A stretch of DNA of 64,000 nucleotides from Bacteroidia bacterium (GCA_965216465.1 CBDCFW010000006.1:416723-480722); one strand, 5' to 3'; shown: positions 48,027-59,456, counted from the stretch's first letter. The notes: generated by a model from the sequence alone, not told the origin. Translations and numbers: made by a program.

Positions 48027-48782
48027 TCATGGATAAACCTTATCATCAAAATGGAGTTTCCAGTCAAAATATGAAGGCTCACCACCAACGTATTCTATAT
48101 TGTCTTCGGGCCAAAGTTGAGTATAGTGCTTGAGCCATACCCCCTCATAAATATTAGTAAAGTCGTTTACAACCTGCTTGACCAGTTCTAAATCATGTTT
48201 TCTATAGATAGAATTGTCAGTATACTCTGACAATATTACGCCATCATAGAAGTCATCACCTGCGTTTGCCATAAAATCCGCCATCAGATATTCATAGTAC
48301 TGCCCATCACTTGGATCTTTCTTAACTGAATAATATCTTTTCAACTGAGTGTCAAACCTTATCCAACCAGACTTTGCATTACGAATATAACTTGTATCCG
48401 TTTCTAAATTAGACCAATTGTGTTTTATTCTTTTACTATTAGCTCTTAGTACTTTGTATTCTTTAATCTGCTCACTCATAGTGTCGGCTAAATCTCTAGA
48501 GCTAGTATAGTTAAAAACAATCTCCTTAGTGGTCAAATCTTCTGTTCCATCGAAGTAGAATGTGTCAAAAAATGCTAACGTATACTCGATAACCCCTGAA
48601 GGAGGGTTAGTATAGTTTCTTGGACTATCAATATATGTCCAATAAGCGTCTTCCATTGGATAAAAATCGAATGGTGGATCTAAGTCAACATTATCTTTAT
48701 CTTTACATGCTTCAAATGCAAGAATGATAGTTGTCGCAACCACTATCTTAACAAATAAACAATTTCGTTTAAGTATTCCCAT
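48027..48782 (-). CDS. hypothetical lipoprotein
   Basis: Signal peptide plus Cys (AFEACKD). Confidence 0.4.
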   Translation of the reverse strand: MGILKRNCLFVKIVVATTIILAFEACKDKDNVDLDPPFDFYPMEDAYWTYIDSPRNYTNPPSGVIEYTLAFFDTFYFDGTEDLTTKEIVFNYTSSRDLADTMSEQIKEYKVLRANSKRIKHNWSNLETDTSYIRNAKSGWIRFDTQLKRYYSVKKDPSDGQYYEYLMADFMANAGDDFYDGVILSEYTDNSIYRKHDLELVKQVVNDFTNIYEGVWLKHYTQLWPEDNIEYVGGEPSYFDWKLHFDDKVYP

Positions 48783-51580
48783 TTATCACTATTGGTTTTT
48801 GCACGTATTAAAACAGAATAAGTTCCCTGAGTTGCCTCTTCTCCATCTATAGTTCCGTCCCAGTACGAGTTTTCCTCATCAAATACTTTTTCACCCCAAA
48901 AATTGTAGATCGTTAATCTATAATTTTTGACTCCAAGTACAATGGGCTTAAAATAATCATTAATTCCATCACCATTTGGGGTAAAAGAGTTCGGTACGAA
49001 GATAGTGGGATTATATGGCACAAATATCACGTTACTGTAACTTTGCTCTCCCGTATTTAGGTTGTTAGCTTCAATTCTATAATTTAGCCCCAACTTCTCA
49101 TCGGGAATAATAAAATCAGTAAAGGAACGGTCTCCAAATCCGCACATTCTCCACAATAAATCAGCGTCACTTCTACCAACCTTATGGTCTACTAAATCAG
49201 TAGACCAATTTGAATCTATGTTCCATAATAATTCCACCCTTGAATTATCATTACCCATTTGTCCGTTTAAGACTATGTTATTACTAGCTTCACTTCTATT
49301 ACTATAAGCACCACACAAGTTTTCAGCAACTACAACATAAGTATTCTTATCTGTGACTTCAGCCCGCTCATCTATGTATTCCAAATCTAATGTGGAATCA
49401 ATCATTTCATCGTTCCTATAAATGAGATACTTGCGTGTATAATCTAGCTTGTCCCATTTCACTTTTATCCTATTGTCTTCTACCGTCACCTTTTTAATCA
49501 CAACAAGATCGGACGAGTTAAAACTCTGCCTAACATGGATAAAGCTCGAATCTATAGATACGCACCCTGTTGACCCATAAAGCAATTGATAAATTTTAAC
49601 TTGGTCTGAGCCCGTGGTGTTTTCATTAAATGTATGTTCATCTTCACCTGAAAAGCTTAATGATCTATCTGAATTACCCCATATATATACCGCACTATCA
49701 ACGTCAGACAAGTACTTCATTTTAACAGAGATTTGTAAAGGAGTGCACCCTCCTGTATCACTTAGAATCATTCCAGGTCTAGGTGCTGGAATAACTTTGA
49801 TTTGGCTTGTTGAATCTAAGATGTCAGTACAATACCCATCATTAACTTCAAGCAAAATTGGGAACGATCCTATAGTGTTAAAAATTTTGTGTGTTTCACT
49901 CGGGATATCTTCAATTGAGGAGTAACTAAACATGCTATCAGTGCCATCTCCATAGATAAACCTATAAGTTATAGGTCTTCCTTTAAACTCCACTCTTGAT
50001 AAATCCCTAATTGTGGTGAAACTCCATTGACATGTTTGAGAGTCTCTTAAAGAAATCTGAGCATGCGGTTTAAAATGTTTAAAGGAAATTGAAACAGTAT
50101 CTAAAAACCATCTTGAATATCCCTTTTCTGTATAAGCAATAAGTTTTACAGATTTGGTTCTTGTCTCAGTTAATTTTAATCTTACGGCATCTCCAACTAA
50201 AGTGTCGGTCTTATTAATTACCCAAACATAATGCCTAAAGAAGGTTGTATCGGCATTTTGACGAAGTAAAAGTATACTGTCGCAGGTTTGTTCGCTTGTG
50301 AATCCAAGATTTGCGTATCGATGTAGACCCTGTTGCGTGTGGCCATACACTCTTATGTTCCTTGTAAGATAACCTCCTTTAATAGTTCCGTTTTCAATGT
50401 CTCCTTCTATGGTGTAGGTCTCAATATTTATAATATCTCCTGAAACATAGTCTTTGTCAAGATAACCATGTAAATAGTCATTTCCTTCAGTATGCGAGCT
50501 CCATGCACTAAACATTAATTTACCATTAGGAGAAAAATGAAAATTTGAAAGCTCATAGAAAGACTCTAATCTTCTAGATGGGGTCATTTTGATGTTACGT
50601 GCCTTGTCAGAATCTAAGTCGTATAAAAGCAATGAATTTATATGATCTTTTGACCCTGAAGTCAAATTCGAATTAACCGCACCAAGGACTAGTTTATCTT
50701 CAAAATTATTGAGGAAAGTGAAATCTTGAATTGCATAATATCTAATTCCATCAACAATTTGACTCAAGTTGTTATACTTGAAGGTGTTTCCTGTTCTAAT
50801 AAACTCTCCGGTTTCTTGATTAAAAGTAAAAAAATCAATGAAATTATCCTGATTTGATGACAAATTGTGACTTTTAACATACCTCAAAGCAAAAGTTTTT
50901 CCAGATTTTGAAAAACGTGAAGTGATAGCTGTGTTAACATATTGATTGAATCCATCTATGCTTGTTGCAATTGGTGAATTGATTCCTTCAGAATCAATTA
51001 GGTAAGCATACAATGAGTCAAGACGTTGAGTTACGAGCCATACATCCTTTTTGTTTCGATGCCATGTAAAGGATAGTGTATTGTCATCGGTATAATTAAG
51101 CTCAACTTCATCAGAGACATTCTCTGCATTCTTAGTTGCATCTATTATGAAATAGGAAAGTCCTTTTTCATATTGTAAATCTCCATGTTGACCCTTATAT
51201 CCTCCACTTACAAAAAGATAGAACAAATTATCACCTTTGTGAAGCAAGTAAATTGAATTACTCGAATAATCTGATGGATGCAAATCACGAACTTCTATAA
51301 CATCAATTAAACTCATTTCAGAGTTGTAGATTCTAAGTTTAACAAAATCATTCTCGAACAACAAGGGTATAACGTATAAAGCTATAGACCCATCGGCATT
51401 TCCTACAATATGTCCTTCAAGATTAGGGGTCTCATACCCTTGCAAATTAAGATTCGCATTTGGGATGATAGAATCTCCAACCCATTTGCAAGGTCGATTT
51501 TCTAGAAAATAATCATACCGCTGTGCTTTGCACCCAAGTGCATAAAAAAGAATAAGAGATATGATAAAATGTAACCGCAT
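48743..51580 (-). CDS. large secreted protein with T9SS type-B (CHU_C, gliding-motility-associated) C-terminal domain
   Basis: C-terminus PNSFTPNGDGINDYF...YNFWGEKVF...GTYSV matches the TIGR04131-like domain. Confidence 0.65.
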   Translation of the reverse strand: MRLHFIISLILFYALGCKAQRYDYFLENRPCKWVGDSIIPNANLNLQGYETPNLEGHIVGNADGSIALYVIPLLFENDFVKLRIYNSEMSLIDVIEVRDLHPSDYSSNSIYLLHKGDNLFYLFVSGGYKGQHGDLQYEKGLSYFIIDATKNAENVSDEVELNYTDDNTLSFTWHRNKKDVWLVTQRLDSLYAYLIDSEGINSPIATSIDGFNQYVNTAITSRFSKSGKTFALRYVKSHNLSSNQDNFIDFFTFNQETGEFIRTGNTFKYNNLSQIVDGIRYYAIQDFTFLNNFEDKLVLGAVNSNLTSGSKDHINSLLLYDLDSDKARNIKMTPSRRLESFYELSNFHFSPNGKLMFSAWSSHTEGNDYLHGYLDKDYVSGDIINIETYTIEGDIENGTIKGGYLTRNIRVYGHTQQGLHRYANLGFTSEQTCDSILLLRQNADTTFFRHYVWVINKTDTLVGDAVRLKLTETRTKSVKLIAYTEKGYSRWFLDTVSISFKHFKPHAQISLRDSQTCQWSFTTIRDLSRVEFKGRPITYRFIYGDGTDSMFSYSSIEDIPSETHKIFNTIGSFPILLEVNDGYCTDILDSTSQIKVIPAPRPGMILSDTGGCTPLQISVKMKYLSDVDSAVYIWGNSDRSLSFSGEDEHTFNENTTGSDQVKIYQLLYGSTGCVSIDSSFIHVRQSFNSSDLVVIKKVTVEDNRIKVKWDKLDYTRKYLIYRNDEMIDSTLDLEYIDERAEVTDKNTYVVVAENLCGAYSNRSEASNNIVLNGQMGNDNSRVELLWNIDSNWSTDLVDHKVGRSDADLLWRMCGFGDRSFTDFIIPDEKLGLNYRIEANNLNTGEQSYSNVIFVPYNPTIFVPNSFTPNGDGINDYFKPIVLGVKNYRLTIYNFWGEKVFDEENSYWDGTIDGEEATQGTYSVLIRAKTNSDKWEYLNEIVYLLR

Positions 51581-51583
51581 ATT

Positions 51584-54500
51584 TTAACGAATTACCATCG
51601 CCTTCATTGACTTTAGTCGAACTCCAAATGAGTCCATAACGTTCACATAGTACAATCCTGAAGATAGCCCAGTGAAATCTAGAACTATGCTTCCTGTACC
51701 AACAAAGTTATTACTTGTAGTGATAACATTCCCAATTTGATCGACAATTTCATACTTGCACTGTTGATTTTTAGAGGCAAACTTAAGCACCATCAAACCA
51801 GTTGTTGGATTTGGATAAAGACGGAAATCATAATTGTCCACAGCCTTATGATTTAAACCGGTTGAAGAGCTATTTGAACTGGAACCGGTGTACTTAAACG
51901 TACCTATATTGCTGTAATTCCCAGCCAACAACGCATCAAGCAAGTCACAAGCAATTCTTTTGTCATCTGAATCTCCGTTCTCCGAGCTACATGAAGCAAT
52001 CAAATTTACAGTATCACGAGCATAGAATGACTCAATATATTGGTCAAGTAGAGTATTCCCCAATTCCTTTTCTTCTGAACTTCGTGAACCCTCACCTCCG
52101 CCACTTCCTTCAGGGCAAAATACGTCCTGATATGTTACCCCAGCTGGGTCACAAGTATACGTTGTAGTAGTTGGAGTCACAAAATCATCGTATGGTGCGT
52201 GAAATAACAACCCTGCTGGATCAAATATCTGATTAACATGATATTTATCCTTATGGTTAATATTGGTTGGATCAAATACAAAAGTTGGAAAGATATTAAA
52301 CAAATTTCCAGGATCTTTAAGATCATGCAGCTGATTACCGATTATCGTGCTTGAACCATTATCATACTCCCAGACTACAGGATTAAAATCATAAATATTA
52401 CAAAGTATCTGAGTTTGAGAGTTATCATCTATTAAATAATTTGCGACCGACTCATATTCTGGATTTGCTGACCCACTAGGTATTGAACTAGTTATATGAT
52501 TGTAAATGACTTTTGAAGTTTCTACTCCAAATGTATTATTTGTATGAATGCCTTCTAGCCGCAGTAGCGAAGAGTATTCTCCAGTGGGGGTAAGTTGCTC
52601 AAGGTCACTAAAGTCTATTCTGTTTCCAATGATATTAAGCTCATCTGTTCCAGTTGTATGGATGGCCCTAACAGTATTGATTGTTGGGTTTAGTTTGAAA
52701 TCTTGATCACAAGTTACATCAATGTCATAAATAGTAGGATTTGAGTAATCCGAAATTTGAATTGCTGTCGCATTGTTATGAAAATCAGCGTCGTAAATTG
52801 TTACAATATCACTCGTGTTCTTGCTCCCTGCAGTAAAGGCTTGGACACCGATGTCATAACCCTCAAAATAACAAGGATTAGGAATTGAAGGAGCACCACA
52901 AGGTTCTACTATAGGAGGATTGGGATCCAATTCTCCAGGATAAACTGACACCGGAGCATCTAGTGCGGAAATGGCTACGCCTCTTCCAGTAAATGTTGTT
53001 CCTTGATACAACAATTTGTTTTTTGTTGTGTTAATAAACTTGCATCCAACTATCGGAATTGTTGTCACTCCCCATAGTTTGACATCAACTATCACGCCTG
53101 ATCCGGCCCTATTTGAATAATTAAGATCTGAATTACTTCTAAATTCACAATTTTCGATGCTACTTATGTTAACATAAGAATACGGATAGAAACTAACACT
53201 GTGCCTGTTGTTTGTAAATTTTGAATCTTTAAGCAAACAAATACCCCCAGAAGTATTAAACGGATTGCCATAAAGATCACCCATGGTTATTGCATCTAGT
53301 GCATACAATATTTCAGATCCATTACGTATTTCGAGTTGACCATGATTTAAACTTCCGAGTACATGCTGTGAATTTGCATCTCCGAGCACTATTATTCCCT
53401 TCCATAACTCTTCGCATTTCTTTGTCAGAATTGAATTGTCTATTATGAGCTTACCACCGCTTTCAACAATAATCTTTACATCAGGTGCCATTCGCACAAA
53501 TGAATTGGTGATTTCTAGCACATATCCAGGTAATATCCTAATATCCTGATTTACGGTATGTTGTGAATTTGACCAAGTAACATAATTCTCAATTTTATAT
53601 TCTTCTACATTTTTGGGACAACAAGGAAGTCCGCTAGACCATATTCCATTTCCAAAAACAGAGCAATACACTTTCCCATTTTTATAATCAACTTCAATAT
53701 CTTGAATTTTACCACGTGGCAAGCTAGGCTTTTGCTTACCTGAAGGACCATCATTTATTGATTTGTCATATCTCACCCAATTGCCGGCTCCTCTTCTAAA
53801 CCATAGGCCATTCATTGTTGCTACAAATAATTCATCTGGGTCATCAATATTGTCAAGAGATTTACTGTTATATTTAACCTTTTTAATTTTATAGGCTGAA
53901 AAAGGAAACATTCCGTTCCAGTTGGGTCCTGTACCTGAATACCAACCTGATGAGAAGTCGTTGAATTCAACTGACCCTATTGCTGCTTTGGCATTTATAC
54001 TTCTAAGCACAATGCTACGGTCTGTTCCCACTCGATCTTTAATTGCCAAGGTTAAGTAAACAATATTGCCATCATTCTCATCCAATTCAATATCTGTTAT
54101 GGCTTGATGCCAGTTTACACCAAGATTTGAACCAACACCTCCTTTTATGTTTGATACATTTACTGCTTCCCAAACAGGTGAAGTTGCTGTTATATCTAAG
54201 CACCTAAACAGTCTACTCCCCCCACTTGGATCTTGACTTAGATAGACATCCCTTAATGCAAGCCACATAACTTCGGGAGATTCTTCTGAAATAGCAATAG
54301 TTTCAACAAGCTTGTTGGTATAGCTAGGGTCTATCATCGTAAAGTCAAATATCGTTACTGGGGTTGTGCCATCTTTTATTACTTTCGATCCAGCATCGCT
54401 AATGTAAAACAACTCGTCCGAACTGTTAAGGTGAAAGAGTTCCTTGGTTGTTGGCAAAGTTTGTTTTTGAAATGTTGTTAAACCTTTGTAAGAACCATTA

Positions 54501-56848
54501 TTTTCTATTAGTCTCGCACTACTTCCTGCTGCATAAGCATATTGAAAGTTTTGTTTACCATAAATCGCATCCCAACCATCACCTGTGGATTCATCACTCC
54601 AATAATCTGATTCCGTATGCCTTGTAAATATACCAAAGTCTAAATGCCCAAATTTTATATCATTTTCACCATTTATGTCGAAATTAAATCCGTTAGAACA
54701 ATGGAGGCCGAAACCATTGATAAATTTAGCAGGTGTTCCTGGGTCTATAGCTGTGACCCCTCCGTCGGAAGCATAAAATGCATCTCCTCCTCGTGTATAA
54801 ATATCTCTAATATCAACATGAATATCAGATCTGTTTATTTCTTCATATTTAACAACACCATTATCTGTATATACAAATCCTGAATGCAAGGCCCCACAAT
54901 AGATATAAGGGTCTTGACCTTGAATTGAAATTCCCTGAATTTTGAACAAACTTGCTTGTGCTCCCGTATTAAAACCAAAAGTTTTACCTAAATGTTGACT
55001 AAACGTTTGGCCTCCATTTGAGCTCTTAGACACATAAAAAGATGGACCAGCATCGGAACAATGAACTATATAGTAGTTTCCAGTCAATTGATCGACATAG
55101 GTGCTGGAACGCCGCAACTCAGGTTGTTTCTTCATTTCTATATCTTTTAATACTATGGGATCAACGCCTGCATATTGGTTATTTGCTACTGCCTCAAGGA
55201 CCAAATAGTCGTACTTATTGTTCGCTGGGATTACAAGGGCTATAGTTTCCCCATTTGTGCTCAACAAACTACTGAAATTTGATTTGGTAATGGTTTGAAT
55301 TAGTTGAGTAGAGCTAAAATCAGAATTTGCAAACTTTATTGCAAGTTCACAGTCGTCAGGGAAAGGAAAGTCATCGGGTTGGAAGTGCAATTTTATTTCA
55401 TATGAAAGATCTTTTCTAATTTTCATTGAACTAGCCAGTTGATTTCCTTTTCTTTGAGAAGTGTATGTCGAAGACGGTGTTGTTGTCGGAATTATTTCCA
55501 GCACTCTTTGAGGAAATACAGAGCCTGGCCTTGGCTTATTAGAATTCATATGCCATTCTCCAGCAGAGGGGTTTGACAAAACCACATTTTTCCAAATCTT
55601 TTCCAGTATCTCTGCTCTATCATTTCCAAACTTGTTAAACAATTGAACATGAATTGAGGTTGGATAAACAGGCTTTACTTTATCCGTAATATCAGTCCAA
55701 GAAGTACCAGCTGTTGCAGTTCTAAATACCCTATGCGAGGAAATGATCCAGGTATTGTCAGGATCAGACACATCATAATCAAAATCATAAATTAATGATT
55801 CAGGATCAAAACCTTGAATTATATTCCAGTTAATTCCACCATCAACTGAGTAAAACAAATCCTTCGACGTGATACACCAAAGTTTTAATTGATCAGACGG
55901 ATGAGTTATTATTTTTCGCACAAAACCTTTACCTCCTGTTGCAGGACTTCTTATTGTATTTAGGAAGTTTGATAAATATGTCCAAGTAACCCCTCCATCA
56001 TCAGAACGGAATATCCCTAAACTAAAGGGATTTGATTGCAAAATCCCAAATGGCTCACCTACTGAAATGAAAATATAACTTCCATCATAGCTTTCTTCAA
56101 TATCAAGCACAGCTAGTTCTGGCGGAAATATATCTATTGAGTTTATTGGAGGAGCAAACGGCAGTTCAACTCTAAACGCTAACTTCTCCCAGCTCTCCCC
56201 TCCATTTTCGCTTTTGAAAATACCAGTATTAGATCCAGCATACAAATCTCCAGAACTACTCTTCATTACACAGTTTATTCGTCCTATACCATACTGAAGC
56301 GATGCAACCTCAACTGATTCCATGGGACCCTCAGCTCTCCAGTTGCTAAAAAAAGCAGGGTTGTCACATTCCTCGGTCGAAATTGCAGTAGTGCTCATGG
56401 TATATGAAGAAAGCTGGTTAAAATCAGTTTCATTTAACATTTCAAATGAAGCGGCATCTATTAAGTGTTCCAATGTTCCATTACTATCAAGTATGAACTT
56501 ATTGTGGCTATACCATCTCTCAAAGTATTTATAACCATATGAACTATCATTTGCTAGACTGTCATAATAAACAAAAAAAGAATCAATCTCAGCAAACTTT
56601 TGACTATTCGAACTAGTATCTCCTTCATCAGACAAATAACTTTCATACCAATATTGTGCATTGGCAATAGAGCTTATTGAGATAAAAAATAGGAATAAAT
56701 AGAATTTCAGATAATAACGTTTTTTCATAGTACAATAAAGTTGATATTCACGGACAGAAATACTGGCCAGTAATTTTTTTAGTTGTCCAAATCTTACATT
56801 ATTAAACCACTTTGACTCTATCAAAAAGCACTTAAAATTTGTATGCAA
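51584..56848 (-). CDS. very large (1754 aa) secreted BNR/Asp-box repeat and beta-helix protein with T9SS type-A C-terminal sorting domain
   Basis: Several SxDxGxTW repeats (SENGGESW, SDDGGVTW, SVDGGINW, SSNGGQTF). C-terminus YPNPTTGLMVLK...GLYYVNV. Confidence 0.65.
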   Translation of the reverse strand: MHTNFKCFLIESKWFNNVRFGQLKKLLASISVREYQLYCTMKKRYYLKFYLFLFFISISSIANAQYWYESYLSDEGDTSSNSQKFAEIDSFFVYYDSLANDSSYGYKYFERWYSHNKFILDSNGTLEHLIDAASFEMLNETDFNQLSSYTMSTTAISTEECDNPAFFSNWRAEGPMESVEVASLQYGIGRINCVMKSSSGDLYAGSNTGIFKSENGGESWEKLAFRVELPFAPPINSIDIFPPELAVLDIEESYDGSYIFISVGEPFGILQSNPFSLGIFRSDDGGVTWTYLSNFLNTIRSPATGGKGFVRKIITHPSDQLKLWCITSKDLFYSVDGGINWNIIQGFDPESLIYDFDYDVSDPDNTWIISSHRVFRTATAGTSWTDITDKVKPVYPTSIHVQLFNKFGNDRAEILEKIWKNVVLSNPSAGEWHMNSNKPRPGSVFPQRVLEIIPTTTPSSTYTSQRKGNQLASSMKIRKDLSYEIKLHFQPDDFPFPDDCELAIKFANSDFSSTQLIQTITKSNFSSLLSTNGETIALVIPANNKYDYLVLEAVANNQYAGVDPIVLKDIEMKKQPELRRSSTYVDQLTGNYYIVHCSDAGPSFYVSKSSNGGQTFSQHLGKTFGFNTGAQASLFKIQGISIQGQDPYIYCGALHSGFVYTDNGVVKYEEINRSDIHVDIRDIYTRGGDAFYASDGGVTAIDPGTPAKFINGFGLHCSNGFNFDINGENDIKFGHLDFGIFTRHTESDYWSDESTGDGWDAIYGKQNFQYAYAAGSSARLIENNGSYKGLTTFQKQTLPTTKELFHLNSSDELFYISDAGSKVIKDGTTPVTIFDFTMIDPSYTNKLVETIAISEESPEVMWLALRDVYLSQDPSGGSRLFRCLDITATSPVWEAVNVSNIKGGVGSNLGVNWHQAITDIELDENDGNIVYLTLAIKDRVGTDRSIVLRSINAKAAIGSVEFNDFSSGWYSGTGPNWNGMFPFSAYKIKKVKYNSKSLDNIDDPDELFVATMNGLWFRRGAGNWVRYDKSINDGPSGKQKPSLPRGKIQDIEVDYKNGKVYCSVFGNGIWSSGLPCCPKNVEEYKIENYVTWSNSQHTVNQDIRILPGYVLEITNSFVRMAPDVKIIVESGGKLIIDNSILTKKCEELWKGIIVLGDANSQHVLGSLNHGQLEIRNGSEILYALDAITMGDLYGNPFNTSGGICLLKDSKFTNNRHSVSFYPYSYVNISSIENCEFRSNSDLNYSNRAGSGVIVDVKLWGVTTIPIVGCKFINTTKNKLLYQGTTFTGRGVAISALDAPVSVYPGELDPNPPIVEPCGAPSIPNPCYFEGYDIGVQAFTAGSKNTSDIVTIYDADFHNNATAIQISDYSNPTIYDIDVTCDQDFKLNPTINTVRAIHTTGTDELNIIGNRIDFSDLEQLTPTGEYSSLLRLEGIHTNNTFGVETSKVIYNHITSSIPSGSANPEYESVANYLIDDNSQTQILCNIYDFNPVVWEYDNGSSTIIGNQLHDLKDPGNLFNIFPTFVFDPTNINHKDKYHVNQIFDPAGLLFHAPYDDFVTPTTTTYTCDPAGVTYQDVFCPEGSGGGEGSRSSEEKELGNTLLDQYIESFYARDTVNLIASCSSENGDSDDKRIACDLLDALLAGNYSNIGTFKYTGSSSNSSSTGLNHKAVDNYDFRLYPNPTTGLMVLKFASKNQQCKYEIVDQIGNVITTSNNFVGTGSIVLDFTGLSSGLYYVNVMDSFGVRLKSMKAMVIR

Positions 56849-57173
56849 ATAGATACATGCAACTATAGGAAAGCATATTGCTCTTCATCTGATAAGTTGA
56901 GAATACCAACCAAGAATAATGAACTAACTAACTATGCAATCTCAAAAAATAAATAAGAATACAATTTACTATTGATATCATACAAGATGATGTGCTCCTT
57001 ATCCATAAACACTTCATCAACAGCATAGCTCCCTCCTTCCTTAATACAAGAAAGCGTTGTGTTGCTTCTAACATAAAAAGGACAGACTTTACGTGAAAGC
57101 TGCCCTTTTTCGTTTATAACCAGTATGCTCTTGCTATTGAGCCAATATAGGCTCTTTTTAAACGGTTTGCTCA

Positions 57174-58094
57174 TTAATTTAAATACCAACTGTTGGTTTT
57201 GTTAGCTATGGCTTCAGATAAGCTCTGAATACCTTCAAATATGGAAACATTACGATCCAGAATCGTATCGATGTAGCTTGATTTATTTGCTCCTGTAAAG
57301 AGGTTGTATACTCGCCATAAATCGATTGATCCATCATCTGTTCGAGCATGACTTTTATCTTTATAATAGTCTTCAGCTACAACAGATAACTGTGAGTCAG
57401 TTACACCTAAGTTTGGGATGCCAGATTTTAGGTTTCTAGGCATAGCATTGAACATTTTACCTCTTCCTAAAAGATGTGCAAACTCAGTTTCGGATAAGAC
57501 CAACTTGTTCATTTGTTTGTAAGTTGAAAGACTTCGTTCTAGACTAAAAGCTTGAAATAACTGTCTTGCACTTTGAACCAACATTTCAGTTGTATTAGCC
57601 CTAATTGAAGACATATACCCATCGGTTGAAATACACAGATTAGTACAAACCTGATTCTTGAACCCCACAAACACCTTGAATTGCTCTAAGTTATCTTTAG
57701 TGGAGTACAAATTATCTAAGCTGTAGGATTTAACTCCTCCAATAGATAACTCAAGCACATCATCACCTACTTTAAAGGTATGTTCTGGAAATGATGCTAC
57801 CCAAGCCATTCGTTCGTAATACAAAGTTGTCTCATCAGGAAGTAGCTCTTTGGCAGGTTTATGTTTTGCTGAAGCTATTCTACCTTTTATTGGATGACTA
57901 ACTCTAACTAAAGGTTCAGAACTAGATCCAAATAAACCTTTTGCTCCATCTAAAACACCATCAATAAACTGATGATGAGCAATACAAGGCTCGTTGTCCT
58001 TGATGTGTACTGGAATGAGGTGTTCTTGTTCTATCTCAGCTAGATCCATTTCAATGGTATTGGCTGTTATAAACTGATTGTACTTATTAGACAT
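57174..58094 (-). CDS. hypothetical protein, co-operonic with AAA_24 ATPase
   Basis: 306-aa ORF overlapping the upstream gene by 8 nt. Confidence 0.4.
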   Translation of the reverse strand: MSNKYNQFITANTIEMDLAEIEQEHLIPVHIKDNEPCIAHHQFIDGVLDGAKGLFGSSSEPLVRVSHPIKGRIASAKHKPAKELLPDETTLYYERMAWVASFPEHTFKVGDDVLELSIGGVKSYSLDNLYSTKDNLEQFKVFVGFKNQVCTNLCISTDGYMSSIRANTTEMLVQSARQLFQAFSLERSLSTYKQMNKLVLSETEFAHLLGRGKMFNAMPRNLKSGIPNLGVTDSQLSVVAEDYYKDKSHARTDDGSIDLWRVYNLFTGANKSSYIDTILDRNVSIFEGIQSLSEAIANKTNSWYLN

Positions 58095-58965
58095 GATTCA
58101 CCCCCCTTTCATCTTCAAAGCTTTGAACTGGTGTATTGTTTATTGCTGAGTTTGTATGCTCAAGCTCTCTTCTTCTTGAAGTAAATGCATCTTTAAACTG
58201 TTTTTGCTTTCCTGGATTGTCTTTGTAAAGCAGCATAAGTTCCTTCATCGTTTTAGATGCAGTTATCTGCTCTTTAAATGAAGGCTCTTTTTCTCCTGAA
58301 TTACACCAAGCCAGTATCTGCTCTCCAGTTGCATTATCGATCACAAAAGGTGGCTTATCTACAAACAAACCCGTTCGGTCTTTAGAAGCCGTTATATAAT
58401 GCTTAATGTCGATATCAAATACAATGGTGAACTCATAATCGACCCCATCTCGTTGAACGACCTTTAATCCTACCTTTTCAGGGACGTATTTGCCATTCTT
58501 TTGATTGAGCACATAATCTTGTTTAGTTCTGAGCGTAGCTACAATATGCAGATCAGCACTTAAGATCTTTTGAATCAAAGCATTTTGTCTTGGAGTTATT
58601 TTACTCCAATTAGTAAAGGAGTTACCAGCCATTGCACTGTGTTGTTCAAGCAAGTATTCCCAGCAGTGAGACAGTGAATCAATGATCAGTACTTTGATGC
58701 CTTTGCTTTCAGCTAGTTCAATTGCTTGGATATATCGTTCTGGAGAATAAGGGGGAGTAAGCGTTATTACGTTGTAAGCTCCTAAATGAGCATATAAATC
58801 ACTTGAACCGTTTTCTGTATCAATAACAGCTATTTGGTTCCAGTCTTCTGTCATTCCTTTAGCTAAAAGAAGAGAAGAATATGTCTTACCAGAGCCACTA
58901 GGCCCTGCTATACCAAGCTTAATCTTGGCTTGTTTTCTATTGGATTTTCTAAATTGTAAATTCAT
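58087..58965 (-). CDS. AAA_24-family (phage Sak4-like) P-loop ATPase
   Basis: KIKLGIAGPSGSGKTYSSLLLA Walker A, then AVIDTENG and LIIDSLSH, typical of AAA_24. Confidence 0.55.
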   Translation of the reverse strand: MNLQFRKSNRKQAKIKLGIAGPSGSGKTYSSLLLAKGMTEDWNQIAVIDTENGSSDLYAHLGAYNVITLTPPYSPERYIQAIELAESKGIKVLIIDSLSHCWEYLLEQHSAMAGNSFTNWSKITPRQNALIQKILSADLHIVATLRTKQDYVLNQKNGKYVPEKVGLKVVQRDGVDYEFTIVFDIDIKHYITASKDRTGLFVDKPPFVIDNATGEQILAWCNSGEKEPSFKEQITASKTMKELMLLYKDNPGKQKQFKDAFTSRRRELEHTNSAINNTPVQSFEDERGVNHV

Positions 58966-59053
58966 AATTTTAATTATTATTAATAATTCTAATTATTAAA
59001 AAAGGAGCAGCCAATACGACCACTCCTTTAATTAATGCATGAAAGTATGGAAA

Positions 59054-59401
59054 CTATAGTGCAAGCTCTTGTGCACTTTCAAATACAGCTTCTTCCATAC
59101 TTTGAACAACTGGGTTATACTCATAACGATGAGATAACTCAACTTCTTCACCTGTCTCTTCAATAACATAAGAGTAAGGATCAACTTTGACCCTTTCAAC
59201 AGCACCAGGAATTTTGGTACCGATTAAACTTTTGCAAGTCTGTTCATCAAACGTAGATGAAACGGTTGCTTTCTTTGCAGTTAAATAAAATCGTCCAGTC
59301 TCCTTGGATTGAACTGATTCAACACCACCTTGAACAATGAGCATGTAAAACTCATCACCCTCTGCATTAATGGCTGGTTTGTAATTTGTAATTGTTACCA
59401 T
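59054..59401 (-). CDS. hypothetical protein, first gene of the AAA_24 operon
   Basis: 115-aa ORF. Confidence 0.35.
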   Translation of the reverse strand: MVTITNYKPAINAEGDEFYMLIVQGGVESVQSKETGRFYLTAKKATVSSTFDEQTCKSLIGTKIPGAVERVKVDPYSYVIEETGEEVELSHRYEYNPVVQSMEEAVFESAQELAL

Positions 59402-59456
59402 AAAAAATTGATTATTGAGAGTTGTACCCTATAGAAAATCCCATCTAATTATTAGA

